Shown here: piece after piece, positions 63,652-64,000 of the stretch
Layout of the letters: each line of letters opens with the position of its first letter
Numbering within the stretch: the stretch's first letter is position 1
IMG/VR virus record: IMGVR_UViG_3300046777_002415
Span: 15,499-79,498 of that record
DNA length: 64,000 nucleotides
DNA from: a virus
Strand: one strand, 5' to 3'
Notes under the pieces: generated by a model
Told to the model about the DNA's origin: nothing
Seen by the model: the letters and a program-made list of their open reading frames with translations, nothing else
Databases searched by the model: none
Translations under genes and position numbers: made by a program

Positions 63652-64000
63652 TCAGTACTCCGATGGAACCAGCAACACCGCATGCTCCCCATCATCGATC
63701 AGATAGAACCGCCACGTCCCCTCCGGCAGGTCTGTGAACTCGATGAACTGGTGGAAGATCCGGTCGTTCAGGTCATAAGTCCCATCCTCCTGCGAGTCGG
63801 TGTAGACCTCGATCGCGCCCTGACCATTCTTGCTATGCAGCAGGACGATGCCGAAGCTATCCTTGCCCGGGATGATGTCTGGGACCACACCCTTCTTGCC
63901 ATAGACGCCCAGGGCGATGGCGTCAATGAACCAGTAGGCTTGGGCGTGTTCGGCGAAGAACTCCACACCGTCGGTGTGAAGGAGGCGGGGGTTGAGGGGG
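63652..64000 (-). CDS. DUF6876-like protein, truncated by the window end
   Basis: Frame open to the edge: LLHTDGVEFFAE...AYW.ID.I...Q.IEFTD.P...LL.PSEY. Confidence 0.7.
   Translation of the reverse strand, partial: PLNPRLLHTDGVEFFAEHAQAYWFIDAIALGVYGKKGVVPDIIPGKDSFGIVLLHSKNGQGAIEVYTDSQEDGTYDLNDRIFHQFIEFTDLPEGTWRFYLIDDGEHAVLLVPSEY

Overview
The whole window is part of a large temperate tailed phage (siphovirus-like). No host chromosomal genes are evident. Bases 1-33599 (+ strand) form a structural arm: a homing-endonuclease-like gene, fibre/spike genes, head-tail joining proteins, tail tube, a 3010-aa tape measure, Dit, DUF1833, NlpC/P60 and a 2274-aa tail tip. Bases 33715-64000 (- strand) form an integration, replication and early arm: tyrosine integrase, Xis, SbcCD, Crp/Fnr-like regulator, resolvase, exonuclease, dUTPase, HU, PolA, TerB, SSB, RecD-like helicase, ThyX, HNH, NrdB, SNF2 helicase, primase-helicase, DNA ligase and many small ORFs. 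The arms converge on an attP containing the 3' half of a tRNA-Arg(CCT). The most notable observations are four. (1) A dispersed family of at least 8 intergenic hairpins has an invariant CAGCA loop and covarying stems, each just upstream of a ribosome-binding site that usually matches an extended GACCTTGGAG motif. A switch-like structured leader with several CAGCA copies precedes the SSB gene. (2) A fibre gene appears to be split in two by a free-standing HNH gene fitted in by 1-nt stop/start overlaps. (3) The phage encodes a Crp/Fnr-family regulator. (4) The tape measure carries two candidate peptidoglycan hydrolases. All family assignments come from motif recognition by eye; no database searches were run.
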